Source: a virus (taxonomy: Duplodnaviria > Heunggongvirae > Uroviricota > Caudoviricetes). From it: DNA of 64,000 bases. A model generated the notes under the pieces. That model ran no database searches and was not told the origin of the DNA. It saw nothing but the letters and a program-made list of their open reading frames with translations. Position numbers and translations under genes: made by a program. The stretch is from IMG/VR virus record IMGVR_UViG_3300042398_001452. The stretch is one strand, 5' to 3'. The stretch's first letter is position 1. Each line of letters starts with the position of its first letter. Below, piece by piece: positions 8,503 to 16,280 of this stretch.

Positions 8503-8609
8503 TGAAAAACAGGGAGTTAAACAAACAAATACTAATTAAGCTAGCACCATATCTTTTCATTGCTACTATATTAGGTGTATCATTTTTATTACTACATTAT
8601 CTTGGCTAA
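8503..8609 (+). CDS. possible 35-aa membrane peptide
   Basis: EPM copy at 8461 ends right before this ATG. The sequence is hydrophobic. Confidence 0.35.
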
Positions 8610-8649
8610 AACAAAAGTAAGATTCAATCTAAGCAGGGGTAAGAACTAC

Positions 8650-8976
8650 ATGAAGTGGAAGATTGCATACCCCGACGGTTCTATCGAATACATAGATCCA
8701 AATAAAAGCGATTTAACGCTTAAAAAATGCAGACTCAAGAATAATCCTAAAGCCGCTAATAAAATCCTGCTAGGAGCAAATAAAACGGTGTGTGCATGGA
8801 TTCTTTGTGACGATGTTATAATCGTTGAAAGAAATCATAAAGATATAGAAGAAGTGCAAAGACTCCGGTACAACCCCCGGGTAGCTGCAAACTGGAACTT
8901 TAGAGATGTCAATGTTGACGGTAAAGATTTCCATCTCATAGAAAGCCGAGGTAGCAAGCTGTATATTATTTACTAG
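8650..8976 (+). CDS. hypothetical protein (about 108 aa, start chosen at MKWK)
   Basis: Track ORF 8575..8976. Internal ATG at 8650 was chosen to avoid overlap with the small upstream ORF. Confidence 0.5.
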   Translation: MKWKIAYPDGSIEYIDPNKSDLTLKKCRLKNNPKAANKILLGANKTVCAWILCDDVIIVERNHKDIEEVQRLRYNPRVAANWNFRDVNVDGKDFHLIESRGSKLYIIY

Positions 8977-9020
8977 AATCATTTTTTTCTTTTCATAGAT
9001 TTTTCTACATTTGTTGTGTA
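8977..9020 (+). promoter_or_regulatory. EPM copy
   Basis: Upstream of the 9030 ORF. Confidence 0.55.
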
Positions 9021-9029
9021 AACAAAAGA

Positions 9030-9500
9030 ATGCCATCGTTATATTATCTTTCAAATGCACCATCAAATCTAAGAGACCTTGTAGCGTATTTGCCTGAGGA
9101 CTCTCGCATTTATTTAGTTGGCCACGGGCAAATGAATGCTTCAAAACTTTTGACTGCCTTTAAGAAATCATTAAAATTAAAAGGCGTATATTTAGGCTGT
9201 GTAGGCACCGGAAATTACCCGGGTGTTCAAGCAGCCAAAACATCATTGCCCCCTGGAGTTTACTATGGACCAATTAAATTTGATACGTATAATACTAAAG
9301 AACACCGGCATCTTAAAATGGTCCCCGCTTTTCTTGATTCTTATCTAGAGAGTATTAAATTAAAAGATCCCACTAGATATTCTTCTGCAATCTACGCTTT
9401 AAAAGAATCGGGTATTTCCCCTGATATTATAAGAAAGCATGAAGAAGAAAATAGACATATAATACGTTCAGGATCAATCCTTAGCAGATTCAGATTCTAA
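9030..9500 (+). CDS. hypothetical protein (156 aa) carrying the shared C-terminal module ...SAIYALKESGISPDIIRKHEE..RSGSILSRFRF
   Basis: C-terminal about 40 aa align with C-termini of 25482..26555, 29417..29989 and 31305..32828. EPM upstream. Confidence 0.65.
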   Translation: MPSLYYLSNAPSNLRDLVAYLPEDSRIYLVGHGQMNASKLLTAFKKSLKLKGVYLGCVGTGNYPGVQAAKTSLPPGVYYGPIKFDTYNTKEHRHLKMVPAFLDSYLESIKLKDPTRYSSAIYALKESGISPDIIRKHEEENRHIIRSGSILSRFRF

Positions 9501-9533
9501 GCATACTGCTGATCCTCCGGGTAAATAATAAGG

Positions 9534-9577
9534 AATCATTTTTTTATCTATGTAGAATTTTCTATATTAGCTATGTA
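9534..9577 (+). promoter_or_regulatory. EPM copy
   Basis: Upstream of the 9594 ORF. Confidence 0.6.
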
Positions 9578-9593
9578 ACCAACCATAATAATC

Positions 9594-9959
9594 ATGGAAG
9601 ACAAAAAGAAAATTACACCAGAGGAGAGGGTAGAGGGAATACTTAAAAGATATTCTCCTATAGACCATGAATACGAGAAAAGATTAGATAGAGCTGTTAG
9701 TAAATACTTTGCGGGGAGAAGATCTAACGATTCAGCTTTTGATGATGTTTTTGAATTCTATTACAATAAAGGAGACCTTTCAGCCGCTGATATAACTATC
9801 GAGGAATACGATGAATTAGATTGGAATCCTAGTGTCAGAATTCAGGCAGAGGTTGTACAATCTGCAGATCTTGACGATGAATTATTTTATTATCTAAGAG
9901 GGATTGTAGATCCTGATTGGTACGATGATGACGATGATGACGATGATGACGAATGGTAG
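9594..9959 (+). CDS. hypothetical acidic protein with poly-Asp tail (121 aa)
   Basis: Track ORF with EPM upstream. Ends in DDDDDDDDDEW. Confidence 0.6.
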   Translation: MEDKKKITPEERVEGILKRYSPIDHEYEKRLDRAVSKYFAGRRSNDSAFDDVFEFYYNKGDLSAADITIEEYDELDWNPSVRIQAEVVQSADLDDELFYYLRGIVDPDWYDDDDDDDDDEW

Positions 9960-9982
9960 AAAAAGAATCAAAAAAGATTTAA

Positions 9983-10023
9983 AATCATTTTTTTATCTGT
10001 AGAAGAATCCATATATTAGCTTA
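9983..10023 (+). promoter_or_regulatory. EPM copy
   Basis: Upstream of the 10047 ORF. Confidence 0.6.
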
Positions 10024-10046
10024 GTTAATCAATTAAACAAAACCAA

Positions 10047-10226
10047 ATGGAAAAGCTAGCAGAAAGAATCAATCTTACAATCGTATCACTTCTTCTTTTA
10101 GTGACAGCGGGAATCTTCTTCATCTCCGTAATAGGAGGGCACGTACTAATGGGAATCATCTCAGGGTGCCTAACTTGGATAGCAACAAGAATCTTAAAAA
10201 TCACATTGGATGAAACCAGAGGATAA
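10047..10226 (+). CDS. possible 59-aa membrane peptide
   Basis: ATG lies just after EPM copy 9983. Two hydrophobic stretches. Below the ORF-track size cut-off. Confidence 0.4.
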   Translation: MEKLAERINLTIVSLLLLVTAGIFFISVIGGHVLMGIISGCLTWIATRILKITLDETRG

Positions 10227-10440
10227 AACACCCGCTACGAAAAAACAATGGTGGGCTTTAGTAAGAAAGGACCTAGATGAATGGAACTCTAAAGCTCACC
10301 CGGAGGATCGGATGGGAATACAAGACTGGATAGGTGAGGTTGGACCTAACATCCACGGATGGATTGCCTTCAGAGATAGGTACGGTGATTGGGATGCTTC
10401 ACTAAGTGGCTTCCCTGATGATGAAGATGACGATTATTAG
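10210..10440 (+). CDS. hypothetical protein (76 aa)
   Basis: Track ORF overlapping the end of the preceding peptide. Confidence 0.5.
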   Translation: MKPEDKTPATKKQWWALVRKDLDEWNSKAHPEDRMGIQDWIGEVGPNIHGWIAFRDRYGDWDASLSGFPDDEDDDY

Positions 10441-10480
10441 TGGGGTCCCCGGCAGGAGGCCGCGTGCCTACGTGCGTACG
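10441..10480. repeat. GCH copy 3
   Basis: TGGGGTCCCCGGCAGGAGGCCGCGTGCCTACGTGCGTACG, 5' of EPM 10507. Confidence 0.55.
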
Positions 10481-10506
10481 AGAGAGATAAATCAGAAAAA
10501 AACTGG

Positions 10507-10547
10507 AATCATTTTTTTAAACAAAGCATTTTAAATACATTTACCTC
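10507..10547 (+). promoter_or_regulatory. EPM copy (degenerate)
   Basis: Abuts ATG 10548. Confidence 0.4.
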
Positions 10548-10811
10548 ATGAACACTTACAAATTTAGAGCAGAATGCCTTATTGATGTGATACAATTCAT
10601 GGGTCATGCACCAGAACTAATACAAAACATAGAGGTAGACAAGGATGAAAGGTTTCCTGATTGCTATGTCACTCTTAAAACCCTCTCAGATATGTCAGAG
10701 GTACTAAATAAAATACTTGAAATGAAAGGAGACGTTCATGTTATGTTTGAAAGCCTTCAACCAGAAGGAGAATACACAGGGCAAAGAATAAGAAGCTTCT
10801 TTCATTCATAA
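10548..10811 (+). CDS. hypothetical protein (87 aa)
   Basis: Track ORF with a degenerate EPM copy upstream. Confidence 0.55.
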   Translation: MNTYKFRAECLIDVIQFMGHAPELIQNIEVDKDERFPDCYVTLKTLSDMSEVLNKILEMKGDVHVMFESLQPEGEYTGQRIRSFFHS

Positions 10812-10882
10812 AAAGACCACTTCATAAAGAAGTAAAAGAAACTATTCTGTGATATGTTTAGTTTGATTAACACCCCTAAAAG

Positions 10883-10912
10883 GGATTCGGCTTCGGCTCG
10901 GATCCTTTTTTT
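10883..10912 (+). terminator. rho-independent terminator
   Basis: GGATTCGGC-TTCG-GCTCGGATCC (imperfect) plus T7. Confidence 0.6.
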
Positions 10913-10948
10913 GCGAGCCGAGGTTTTGACCAGGCCAGCTTGATTCAC

Positions 10949-10963
10949 CTGGGGAACCCCAGG
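10949..10963. repeat. PAL copy within a longer conserved element (GGCCAGCTTGATTCACCTGGGGAACCCCAGG..GATCCAGCC)
   Basis: The extended element recurs at 12371-12425 and 12921-12953. Confidence 0.65.
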
Positions 10964-11016
10964 AATCTTGATCCAGCCCTAGAATTTTTTTTTAGAAATT
11001 TCCACTTTTTTCCAAG

Positions 11017-11060
11017 AATCATTTTTTTATGTAGAATATTCTACTTATATTTGTATTGTT
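11017..11060 (+). promoter_or_regulatory. EPM copy
   Basis: Upstream of the 11083 ORF. Confidence 0.55.
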
Positions 11061-11082
11061 AATCAATTAAACACTTATAATT

Positions 11083-11394
11083 ATGAAAAAGGAAATGACA
11101 GCAGAACAAAAAGCAAAAAAGGCGGAGGCGAACAAGGCGTACAGAGAGCGCAAAAAAATGAAATCCCAAAACTGGATGGAATTGGATAAGTTCGAAATGA
11201 GTTTTGAACATAAAATCCGACTTTTTAAAAATCTTAAACTTGAGGATAGCAATTCCTACTGCGCTTCCCCGAACACGGTTTTGAGATTTGAAAAACTAAC
11301 CAATAACGATAATATAATCGTTTATCGGGTTCGCCGCACAGGTCGTCGAACTTTCTTCACCACATCCAACCACCTAGTCGCACCGGTTCAATAA
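11083..11394 (+). CDS. member B of the 4-copy basic-protein paralog family
   Basis: MKKEMTAEQKAKKAEANKAYRERKK...RVRRTGRRTFFTT. EPM upstream. Confidence 0.7.
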   Translation: MKKEMTAEQKAKKAEANKAYRERKKMKSQNWMELDKFEMSFEHKIRLFKNLKLEDSNSYCASPNTVLRFEKLTNNDNIIVYRVRRTGRRTFFTTSNHLVAPVQ

Positions 11395-11410
11395 CCGGGC
11401 ACTAGCCGAA

Positions 11411-11436
11411 AGGAACCTTAGGGTTCCTTTTTTACA
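11411..11436 (+). terminator. rho-independent terminator
   Basis: AGGAACC-TTAG-GGTTCCT plus T6. Confidence 0.75.
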
Positions 11437-11446
11437 TCCCAACCCA

Positions 11447-11461
11447 CTGCGGTTCCCCAGG
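11447..11461. repeat. PAL copy
   Basis: CTGCGGTTCCCCAGG, preceded by ACATCCCAACCCA as in the copy at 15311. Confidence 0.6.
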
Positions 11462-11486
11462 AGTTTTGATCAGAAATGATTTAAGA

Positions 11487-11527
11487 AATCATTTTTTTAT
11501 TCTAGATAAATCTCTTATATTTACTAT
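11487..11527 (+). promoter_or_regulatory. EPM copy
   Basis: Abuts ATG 11528. Confidence 0.5.
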
Positions 11528-12307
11528 ATGATATACAACCAAATATATGACTTCTGTAAGGTAAGAAATCTAGGAAGTGTTTTTGAAAATACTGATGTGC
11601 CTACACCGAGGGTGGAATTCCTACTAGAGCTTCTTGAGAAAGAAGGAGTCTCTTATGAGATCGATCGGTACAAGAAAACATTTAACTTTCTAGAGGAGCA
11701 AACAGATGTTTGGTGTTACAACATTATACTAAGGGGTGACTCAGATAAGATGCTAGTTGCTCATCATGATGTTGCTAACCATGAAATCGATAATGCTAAT
11801 GACAACTCCGCTTCCGTTATCAACGCAATAGCTTTAAAGAAAATGTTACCTAACATTCACGTTGTGTTATTAGACGGTGAGGAATTCGGAGGCATCGGAG
11901 CACAAAGAGTATCCGAACAAATCAATAAGGGAGACTTCGGTGATATCTCTTTTGTACTTAACCTTGAACTATCAGGTAAGGGAGGTAAACAATTTTTCGT
12001 CGGAGACGTTGGGGAATTCCCGAGTATACTCCATGAAAAAATTAAATCACAATTTCCATGTCCCACTGTTAGCACTCCGTTTAATGACTCGGTGGTGTTC
12101 AGAAGAAATGGTATAGACTCTTGCGTGATAAATCCTTTACCTAGCACGGATAATATTAATCCTCTCTCCCGAGCTATCTTTGAAGGAAGACAACTAGATA
12201 TGTCAATGCTTTACCACTGCCACACCTCGAAGGACACAATCGATACTATCGACCCAAATGATATGAAAGAATTCACCGAAGAGGTTGTTTTTAAAATTCT
12301 TGAATAA
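11528..12307 (+). CDS. hypothetical protein, possibly an M28/M20-like zinc peptidase fold (259 aa)
   Basis: HHDVANHEIDNANDNSASV followed by LLDGEEFGGIGAQ resembles the H-x-D...D-N-x-S-G and E-E-x-G motifs of M28/M20 aminopeptidases. Weak, motif-level only. Confidence 0.45.
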   Translation: MIYNQIYDFCKVRNLGSVFENTDVPTPRVEFLLELLEKEGVSYEIDRYKKTFNFLEEQTDVWCYNIILRGDSDKMLVAHHDVANHEIDNANDNSASVINAIALKKMLPNIHVVLLDGEEFGGIGAQRVSEQINKGDFGDISFVLNLELSGKGGKQFFVGDVGEFPSILHEKIKSQFPCPTVSTPFNDSVVFRRNGIDSCVINPLPSTDNINPLSRAIFEGRQLDMSMLYHCHTSKDTIDTIDPNDMKEFTEEVVFKILE

Positions 12308-12331
12308 GTAATCCTTCCATCCATAGAAGAG

Positions 12332-12358
12332 TCAGCATTTTATATGCTGGCTTTTTTT
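12332..12358 (+). terminator. rho-independent terminator
   Basis: CAGCAT-TTTATAT-GCTGG plus T7. Confidence 0.65.
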
Positions 12359-12392
12359 GTGGTCCAAAAAACTTAGGCCAGCTTGATTCACC

Positions 12393-12407
12393 TGGGGAAC
12401 CACAGCA
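12393..12407. repeat. PAL copy (degenerate)
   Basis: CTGGGGAACCACAGC within the extended GGCCAGCTTGATTCACCTG element. Confidence 0.5.
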
Positions 12408-12440
12408 AACCTGATCCAGCCTGTGCAAACTTTTTTCAGA

Positions 12441-12482
12441 AATCATTTTTATTTCTGTAGAATAATCTATACTTTAGCCTAG
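12441..12482 (+). promoter_or_regulatory. EPM copy
   Basis: Upstream of the 12504 ORF. Confidence 0.55.
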
Positions 12483-12503
12483 TTAATCAATCAAATAAAA
12501 ACA

Positions 12504-12866
12504 ATGACAAAAGAAACTTTAAATGCAGATTTGATAAATCAAATCATCAAGATGGATGGGGAACTTGATAAGGACCCAACGTACAAGAAGTATGAAAAAA
12601 TATTTGCAACTCAAAAAATAAAAGAGAGTATAGCAAAGAACTTCGGTATCGAGGCTGACCTTGTACCACAAGAGATGGTAGATGATCTACTAGTTTTCGC
12701 TGAAGAAAATAGCAGTGGCAACGGGCTAACTCCAGAGCTCGTAGTAAGCAGGAAAGATGAAGTGATGGAACTAGTTGAAGCTATAATCGATGTAGCCAAC
12801 TGGGATGAGGAATATGAACTAAGTCATAAACTTAAAGTGTTCGTAGACCTTCTTAAACAACTATAA
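12504..12866 (+). CDS. hypothetical acidic protein (120 aa)
   Basis: Track ORF with EPM upstream and terminator downstream. Confidence 0.55.
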   Translation: MTKETLNADLINQIIKMDGELDKDPTYKKYEKIFATQKIKESIAKNFGIEADLVPQEMVDDLLVFAEENSSGNGLTPELVVSRKDEVMELVEAIIDVANWDEEYELSHKLKVFVDLLKQL

Positions 12867-12884
12867 GAACTCAACAAAAAACAG

Positions 12885-12908
12885 AAGCCAGCAATGCTGG
12901 CTTTTTTT
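12885..12908 (+). terminator. rho-independent terminator
   Basis: AGCCAGCA-ATGC-TGGCT plus T7. Confidence 0.7.
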
Positions 12909-12938
12909 GTGCAACAAACCTAGGCCAGCATGATTCAC

Positions 12939-12953
12939 CTGAGGCTCCCCAGG
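12939..12953. repeat. PAL copy
   Basis: CTGAGGCTCCCCAGG within the extended element. Confidence 0.55.
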
Positions 12954-12976
12954 CTAGGAATCAAGAAAGATTCAGA

Positions 12977-13018
12977 AATCATTTTTTTGTTTGTGGAAAA
13001 ATCTATATATTAGCTATG
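12977..13018 (+). promoter_or_regulatory. EPM copy
   Basis: Upstream of the 13042 ORF. Confidence 0.6.
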
Positions 13019-13041
13019 TTAATCAATTAAAACACTAGCTT

Positions 13042-13197
13042 ATGTACTCTTTAGATTGTGACTATTACACAAAACAATTTTCATCCATCGATGAACTTCT
13101 AACAGATATTGTATTATCTGGTATGGACCCGAACTATGTAATAACATATAATGGTGTTACTATAGGATATCAAGCTATTGAACTAATACAATTTTAA
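13042..13197 (+). CDS. possible 51-aa protein
   Basis: ATG placed after EPM copy 12977. Next EPM copy follows immediately at 13200. Confidence 0.35.
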   Translation: MYSLDCDYYTKQFSSIDELLTDIVLSGMDPNYVITYNGVTIGYQAIELIQF

Positions 13198-13199
13198 GA

Positions 13200-13240
13200 A
13201 ATCATTTTTTTAATCAAATAGAATTTTCTACATTTACATT
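13200..13240 (+). promoter_or_regulatory. EPM copy
   Basis: Upstream of the 13256 ORF. Confidence 0.55.
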
Positions 13241-13255
13241 ATAAAACAAAATCAC

Positions 13256-13483
13256 ATGATACTCTTTATAACAATTTTCATCTTAGCTCTCCTGGTCCCC
13301 GTAATCACACAGACAGTAGGAATTGACCAATCCACAAATCAATATAAGGAGAGCTACATCGCGGAGGTGGGTGCCACCAGTTACTTTACCCTACCTCGAG
13401 GACAGCCCAAGTCACGGGCTTCTATTATAACAAACAAATCACTCCCACGCAACAAGGGAGAGCCCAAAGAAAACTCAAGTTAA
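13256..13483 (+). CDS. hypothetical protein with N-terminal transmembrane segment (75 aa)
   Basis: Track ORF with EPM upstream. Confidence 0.45.
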   Translation: MILFITIFILALLVPVITQTVGIDQSTNQYKESYIAEVGATSYFTLPRGQPKSRASIITNKSLPRNKGEPKENSS

Positions 13484-13487
13484 AAAA

Positions 13488-13512
13488 AAGACTCCACAAG
13501 GGTCTTTTTTTG
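13488..13512 (+). terminator. rho-independent terminator
   Basis: AGACTC-CACAA-GGGTCT (imperfect) plus T7. Confidence 0.6.
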
Positions 13513-13548
13513 TGGACCAAGTTTTTCAAATAGCATATGCTAGATTCT

Positions 13549-13564
13549 CTGAGGAACCACAGAG
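13549..13564. repeat. PAL copy (degenerate)
   Basis: CTGAGGAACCACAGAG. Confidence 0.45.
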
Positions 13565-13606
13565 AATCATTTTTTTATTTGTGGAAAAATCTTTATATTT
13601 GGATAT
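13565..13606 (+). promoter_or_regulatory. EPM copy
   Basis: Upstream of the 13634 ORF. Confidence 0.55.
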
Positions 13607-13633
13607 ATAAGTATAAATAAATAAAAAATTAAA

Positions 13634-14137
13634 ATGAAACACATTAAATTATTTGAGGGATTCATGAAGAATCCAAATCCTTATAAGGACATAACAGAAA
13701 GAGGTGAGTCTGTTTTCTTATTCCACGAAGAAGATTCTATTTGGTTTGGAATATTTCCAGATAATGTTGCGGAGGATCTTAAATATGCTTCTGAAGATTA
13801 TATGAAACATGCAATATCTAAAGGTTTAGGAGAGGAATATTACGATGTTTTTGTTGACCGAAGAGAAGGACTAGCTTATGTTGAATGGGAAGGTAAAAAT
13901 GGATGGAATGCTTGTACCCCAGGAGAAATTGATGTAAACGATTATAATTATGTTATGATGCCAGATGGAACTGAAATAGAAATTAATCCATCTGCTAAAT
14001 ATTCATCTCTTCCTTTATTTGCTTTAGAAAGAGGAATGATAACACACTATCAAGGAAACCACGGTAATGAACCTATGACTGTTCGAGAATACATGGATCA
14101 TTTAGAAAGTGGAAAATCAGATTGGTATTCTATGTAA
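13634..14137 (+). CDS. leader-family protein (N-terminus MKHIKLFEGF), 167 aa
   Basis: Carries the conserved N-terminal decapeptide shared by 17 proteins in this window. EPM upstream. Confidence 0.65.
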   Translation: MKHIKLFEGFMKNPNPYKDITERGESVFLFHEEDSIWFGIFPDNVAEDLKYASEDYMKHAISKGLGEEYYDVFVDRREGLAYVEWEGKNGWNACTPGEIDVNDYNYVMMPDGTEIEINPSAKYSSLPLFALERGMITHYQGNHGNEPMTVREYMDHLESGKSDWYSM

Positions 14138-14157
14138 GAAATAAAATATATCTAAAA

Positions 14158-14182
14158 AAAGACCCTACAAGGGTCTTTTTTT
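14158..14182 (+). terminator. rho-independent terminator
   Basis: AGACCC-TACAA-GGGTCT plus T8. Confidence 0.75.
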
Positions 14183-14222
14183 ATGCTCCAAGGTTTACAG
14201 TAAACAGTCTACTGTAAACCAA

Positions 14223-14237
14223 CTGAGGAACCTCAGG
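14223..14237. repeat. PAL copy
   Basis: CTGAGGAACCTCAGG, where both arms changed (G to A with C to T) and the palindrome is preserved. Confidence 0.65.
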
Positions 14238-14287
14238 AAAATAGATGTAGAGAAGGATTACATCTATAACTACATCTATAACTATAG

Positions 14288-14333
14288 CGGGCTCCCCCGG
14301 GGGACGCGTGCGTACGTGTGCACGCGTAGGCAC
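14288..14333. repeat. GCH copy 4
   Basis: GGGCTCCCCCGGGGGACGCGTGCGTACGTGTGCACGCGTAGGCAC carries a perfect 8-bp hairpin ACGCGTGC-gtacgtgt-GCACGCGT. 5' of EPM 14345. Confidence 0.6.
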
Positions 14334-14344
14334 TTTTTTTCAGA

Positions 14345-14388
14345 AATCATTTTTTTATTTGTAGAAAATTCCATACATTAGCTATGTT
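14345..14388 (+). promoter_or_regulatory. EPM copy
   Basis: Upstream of the 14409 ORF. Confidence 0.6.
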
Positions 14389-14408
14389 AATCAATTAAAT
14401 ATATACAA

Positions 14409-14543
14409 ATGGAAAGAACAATCAATTTTATCGCTTGGAGCCTTATCACTGTTTTAGCTTCACTTACAATCTATGGTATACTTTACGCAGCTATACAGAT
14501 AGTTATAGGTAATGTACATTCAACAGCAAGCTTTGAATTTTAA
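14409..14543 (+). CDS. possible 44-aa membrane peptide
   Basis: ATG immediately after EPM copy 14345. Hydrophobic. Confidence 0.3.
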   Translation: MERTINFIAWSLITVLASLTIYGILYAAIQIVIGNVHSTASFEF

Positions 14544-14547
14544 AAAA

Positions 14548-14709
14548 AATGAAAACTGTAATAACAAAATCACAACTTCTTAAGATAGAATCCGGGAGAG
14601 TCAGAGAAGACCAGAAAGCCCAAGGTTTCTTCGATGGAAGATTTGTTACAAGAGCTCAAGATTCAAAAAAGAAATACTCCCGCAAGGAGAAGCACAAGGG
14701 CATCAACTA
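14548..14709 (+). CDS. possible 53-aa basic peptide
   Basis: Small ORF between the preceding peptide and the terminator at 14730. Confidence 0.3.
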
Positions 14710-14729
14710 AGAAACAAAACCCTATCTAC

Positions 14730-14757
14730 CCCTTGTCCGTTCGGACAGGGGTTTTTT
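14730..14757 (+). terminator. rho-independent terminator
   Basis: CCTTGTCCG-TTCG-GACAGGGG plus T6. Confidence 0.7.
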
Positions 14758-14786
14758 GTGCGAATCCAAAATCCCTCTTAATCATC

Positions 14787-14802
14787 CTGGGGTTCCGCCG
14801 AG
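14787..14802. repeat. PAL copy (degenerate)
   Basis: CTGGGGTTCCGCCGAG. Confidence 0.4.
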
Positions 14803-14872
14803 TGGATTCAAAGAATCAGACCTCCTGAGATACCCCGAAAACTTTTTTCAAAAAAAATCAGAAATCATTTTT

Positions 14873-14914
14873 TTATTTGTAGAAAATTCTATATTTTAGC
14901 TAAGTTAATCAATT
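14873..14914 (+). promoter_or_regulatory. EPM copy
   Basis: Upstream of the 14929 ORF. Confidence 0.6.
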
Positions 14915-14928
14915 AAACAATATCAATT

Positions 14929-15249
14929 ATGAAAAAGGAAATGACAATGGAACAAAAAGCAAAAAAAGCAGCAGCGAACAAAGCTTACCGTGAGCGTAAG
15001 AAAAACCAAGCGGCAACTCCGAATTGGATGGAATTGGATAAGTTCGAAATGAGTTTCACTCACAAAATTCGACTTTTCAAAAACCTCAAATTGGAAATCA
15101 CAAATTCCTACTGCGCTTCCCCTGGTACAGTTTTGAGATTTGAAAAAATTAAAAACGAAGATAATAAAATTATCTTTCGAGTACGCCGCACCGGTCGTCG
15201 CACCTTCTTCACCACCTCGACTAACCTACACGCACCAGTCGAGGCGTGA
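14929..15249 (+). CDS. member C of the 4-copy basic-protein paralog family
   Basis: MKKEMTMEQKAKKAAANKAYRERKK...RVRRTGRRTFFTT. EPM upstream. Confidence 0.7.
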   Translation: MKKEMTMEQKAKKAAANKAYRERKKNQAATPNWMELDKFEMSFTHKIRLFKNLKLEITNSYCASPGTVLRFEKIKNEDNKIIFRVRRTGRRTFFTTSTNLHAPVEA

Positions 15250-15273
15250 TCGGGGTGGATGTAAAAAACCCAC

Positions 15274-15297
15274 GGGAATCTTCGGATTCCCTTTTTT
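15274..15297 (+). terminator. rho-independent terminator (paralogous hairpin GGGAATC-TTCG-GATTCCC)
   Basis: Hairpin plus T6. Same hairpin family as those at 15576 and 16604. Confidence 0.7.
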
Positions 15298-15310
15298 ACA
15301 TCCAAGCCCA

Positions 15311-15325
15311 CTGCGGTTCCGCAGG
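15311..15325. repeat. PAL copy
   Basis: CTGCGGTTCCGCAGG, where both arms changed (G to C with C to G) and the palindrome is preserved. Confidence 0.65.
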
Positions 15326-15357
15326 GAGACAGAAATTATTTTAAATAAAAATTCGAA

Positions 15358-15401
15358 AATCATTTTTTTATTTGTAGAAAATTCTATATATTAGCTATGT
15401 T
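15358..15401 (+). promoter_or_regulatory. EPM copy (exact consensus)
   Basis: Upstream of the 15422 ORF. Confidence 0.6.
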
Positions 15402-15421
15402 AATCAATCAAATAAAAACAT

Positions 15422-15571
15422 ATGAAATCAGAAACAAAAAAGAAATTAGAATTTCTAAAATCATTAGGATTGTCAGAAAATGAAATTAGTGAATTATTAG
15501 ATTCCCAATTCATCCTCGACCAATCCCAAGAATTTAAAAGGGAGGAAATTGAAGAAGAAGAAGAGTTTTAA
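15422..15571 (+). CDS. possible 49-aa acidic peptide
   Basis: ATG right after EPM copy 15358. Terminator at 15576. Confidence 0.35.
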   Translation: MKSETKKKLEFLKSLGLSENEISELLDSQFILDQSQEFKREEIEEEEEF

Positions 15572-15575
15572 AATT

Positions 15576-15600
15576 GGGGAATCTCCGGATTCCCTTTTTA
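15576..15600 (+). terminator. rho-independent terminator (GGGGAATC-TCCG-GATTCCC)
   Basis: Hairpin plus T5. Confidence 0.65.
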
Positions 15601-15613
15601 ATTTATATACCCT

Positions 15614-15630
15614 CTGCGGAACCCCAGAGG
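15614..15630. repeat. PAL copy
   Basis: CTGCGGAACCCCAGAGG. Confidence 0.55.
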
Positions 15631-15673
15631 GGCTCCATGGGGGACGCGTGCGTACGTGCGCCCGCGTAGAGGG
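15631..15673. repeat. GCH copy 5
   Basis: GGCTCCATGGGGGACGCGTGCGTACGTGCGCCCGCGTAGAGGG, 5' of EPM 15684. Confidence 0.55.
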
Positions 15674-15683
15674 TTTTTTCAGA

Positions 15684-15724
15684 AATCATTTTTTTATCTT
15701 CCCTAGATTTATTATATTTACACT
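15684..15724 (+). promoter_or_regulatory. EPM copy (degenerate)
   Basis: Abuts ATG 15725. Confidence 0.45.
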
Positions 15725-15928
15725 ATGTCACTAACACCACAACAATTAAAAGCTAATGCAGACTTCTTTAATAATGTAGCTGCAATGACCAAGATGTATG
15801 TGTGGCCTGATACTGGCCACATTTATAAAATAGAAGAAGGGATCTTTATCTGTGACTCCCCGGAATCATTTAATGATTTAAAAGATAACACTCCAGAAAC
15901 TTTCCATTATAAAATCAAAATGAAATAA
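15725..15928 (+). CDS. hypothetical protein (67 aa)
   Basis: Track ORF with EPM upstream. Confidence 0.5.
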   Translation: MSLTPQQLKANADFFNNVAAMTKMYVWPDTGHIYKIEEGIFICDSPESFNDLKDNTPETFHYKIKMK

Positions 15929-15981
15929 AATAAATCCTTATATTTGTATTATACATTTAAATTTTATTCCCATAAAATTTG

Positions 15982-16010
15982 AACCCTAGAAGAAATTCTA
16001 GGGTTTTTTT
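15982..16010 (+). terminator. rho-independent terminator
   Basis: AACCCTAGA-AGAAAT-TCTAGGGTT plus T7. Confidence 0.75.
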
Positions 16011-16072
16011 GTGTAATCAAAATACAAGCATATAGTAAGACACCGGAGTTTCCTCGATAGATCTTATACCCC

Positions 16073-16090
16073 ATAGCGGAACCCCAGGGG
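16073..16090. repeat. PAL copy (first of a 3-copy cluster)
   Basis: ATAGCGGAACCCCAGGGG. Confidence 0.55.
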
Positions 16091-16119
16091 ATAAAAAAAA
16101 ATTAAATATATAAAACCCC

Positions 16120-16134
16120 CTGCGGAACCCCCAG
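16120..16134. repeat. PAL copy (cluster)
   Basis: CTGCGGAACCCCCAG. Confidence 0.55.
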
Positions 16135-16156
16135 TTAAAATTTTAAAAAATACCTT

Positions 16157-16176
16157 GGAAGGTTCCGCAGGGAACC
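16157..16176. repeat. PAL-related palindrome in shifted register (cluster)
   Basis: GGAAGGTTCCGCAGGGAACC contains GGTTCC-gcag-GGAACC. Confidence 0.5.
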
Positions 16177-16215
16177 ATTAAAATAAATTTTTAGAAATTT
16201 CCACTTTTTTCCAAG

Positions 16216-16258
16216 AATCATTTTTTTGTTTGTAGAAAAATCCATATATTAGCTATGT
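16216..16258 (+). promoter_or_regulatory. EPM copy
   Basis: Upstream of the 16281 ORF. Confidence 0.6.
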
Positions 16259-16280
16259 TAATCAATTAAACAAAAACAAA

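Noticed and set aside
9930-9957. Poly-GAT/GAC tract (DDDDDDDDD) as a simple-sequence repeat or slippage hotspot
   Set aside because: It is in frame within a generally acidic C-terminus. Several other proteins in the window have acidic tails (10210, 40107, 58639), so it looks like a selected protein feature rather than a noncoding microsatellite.
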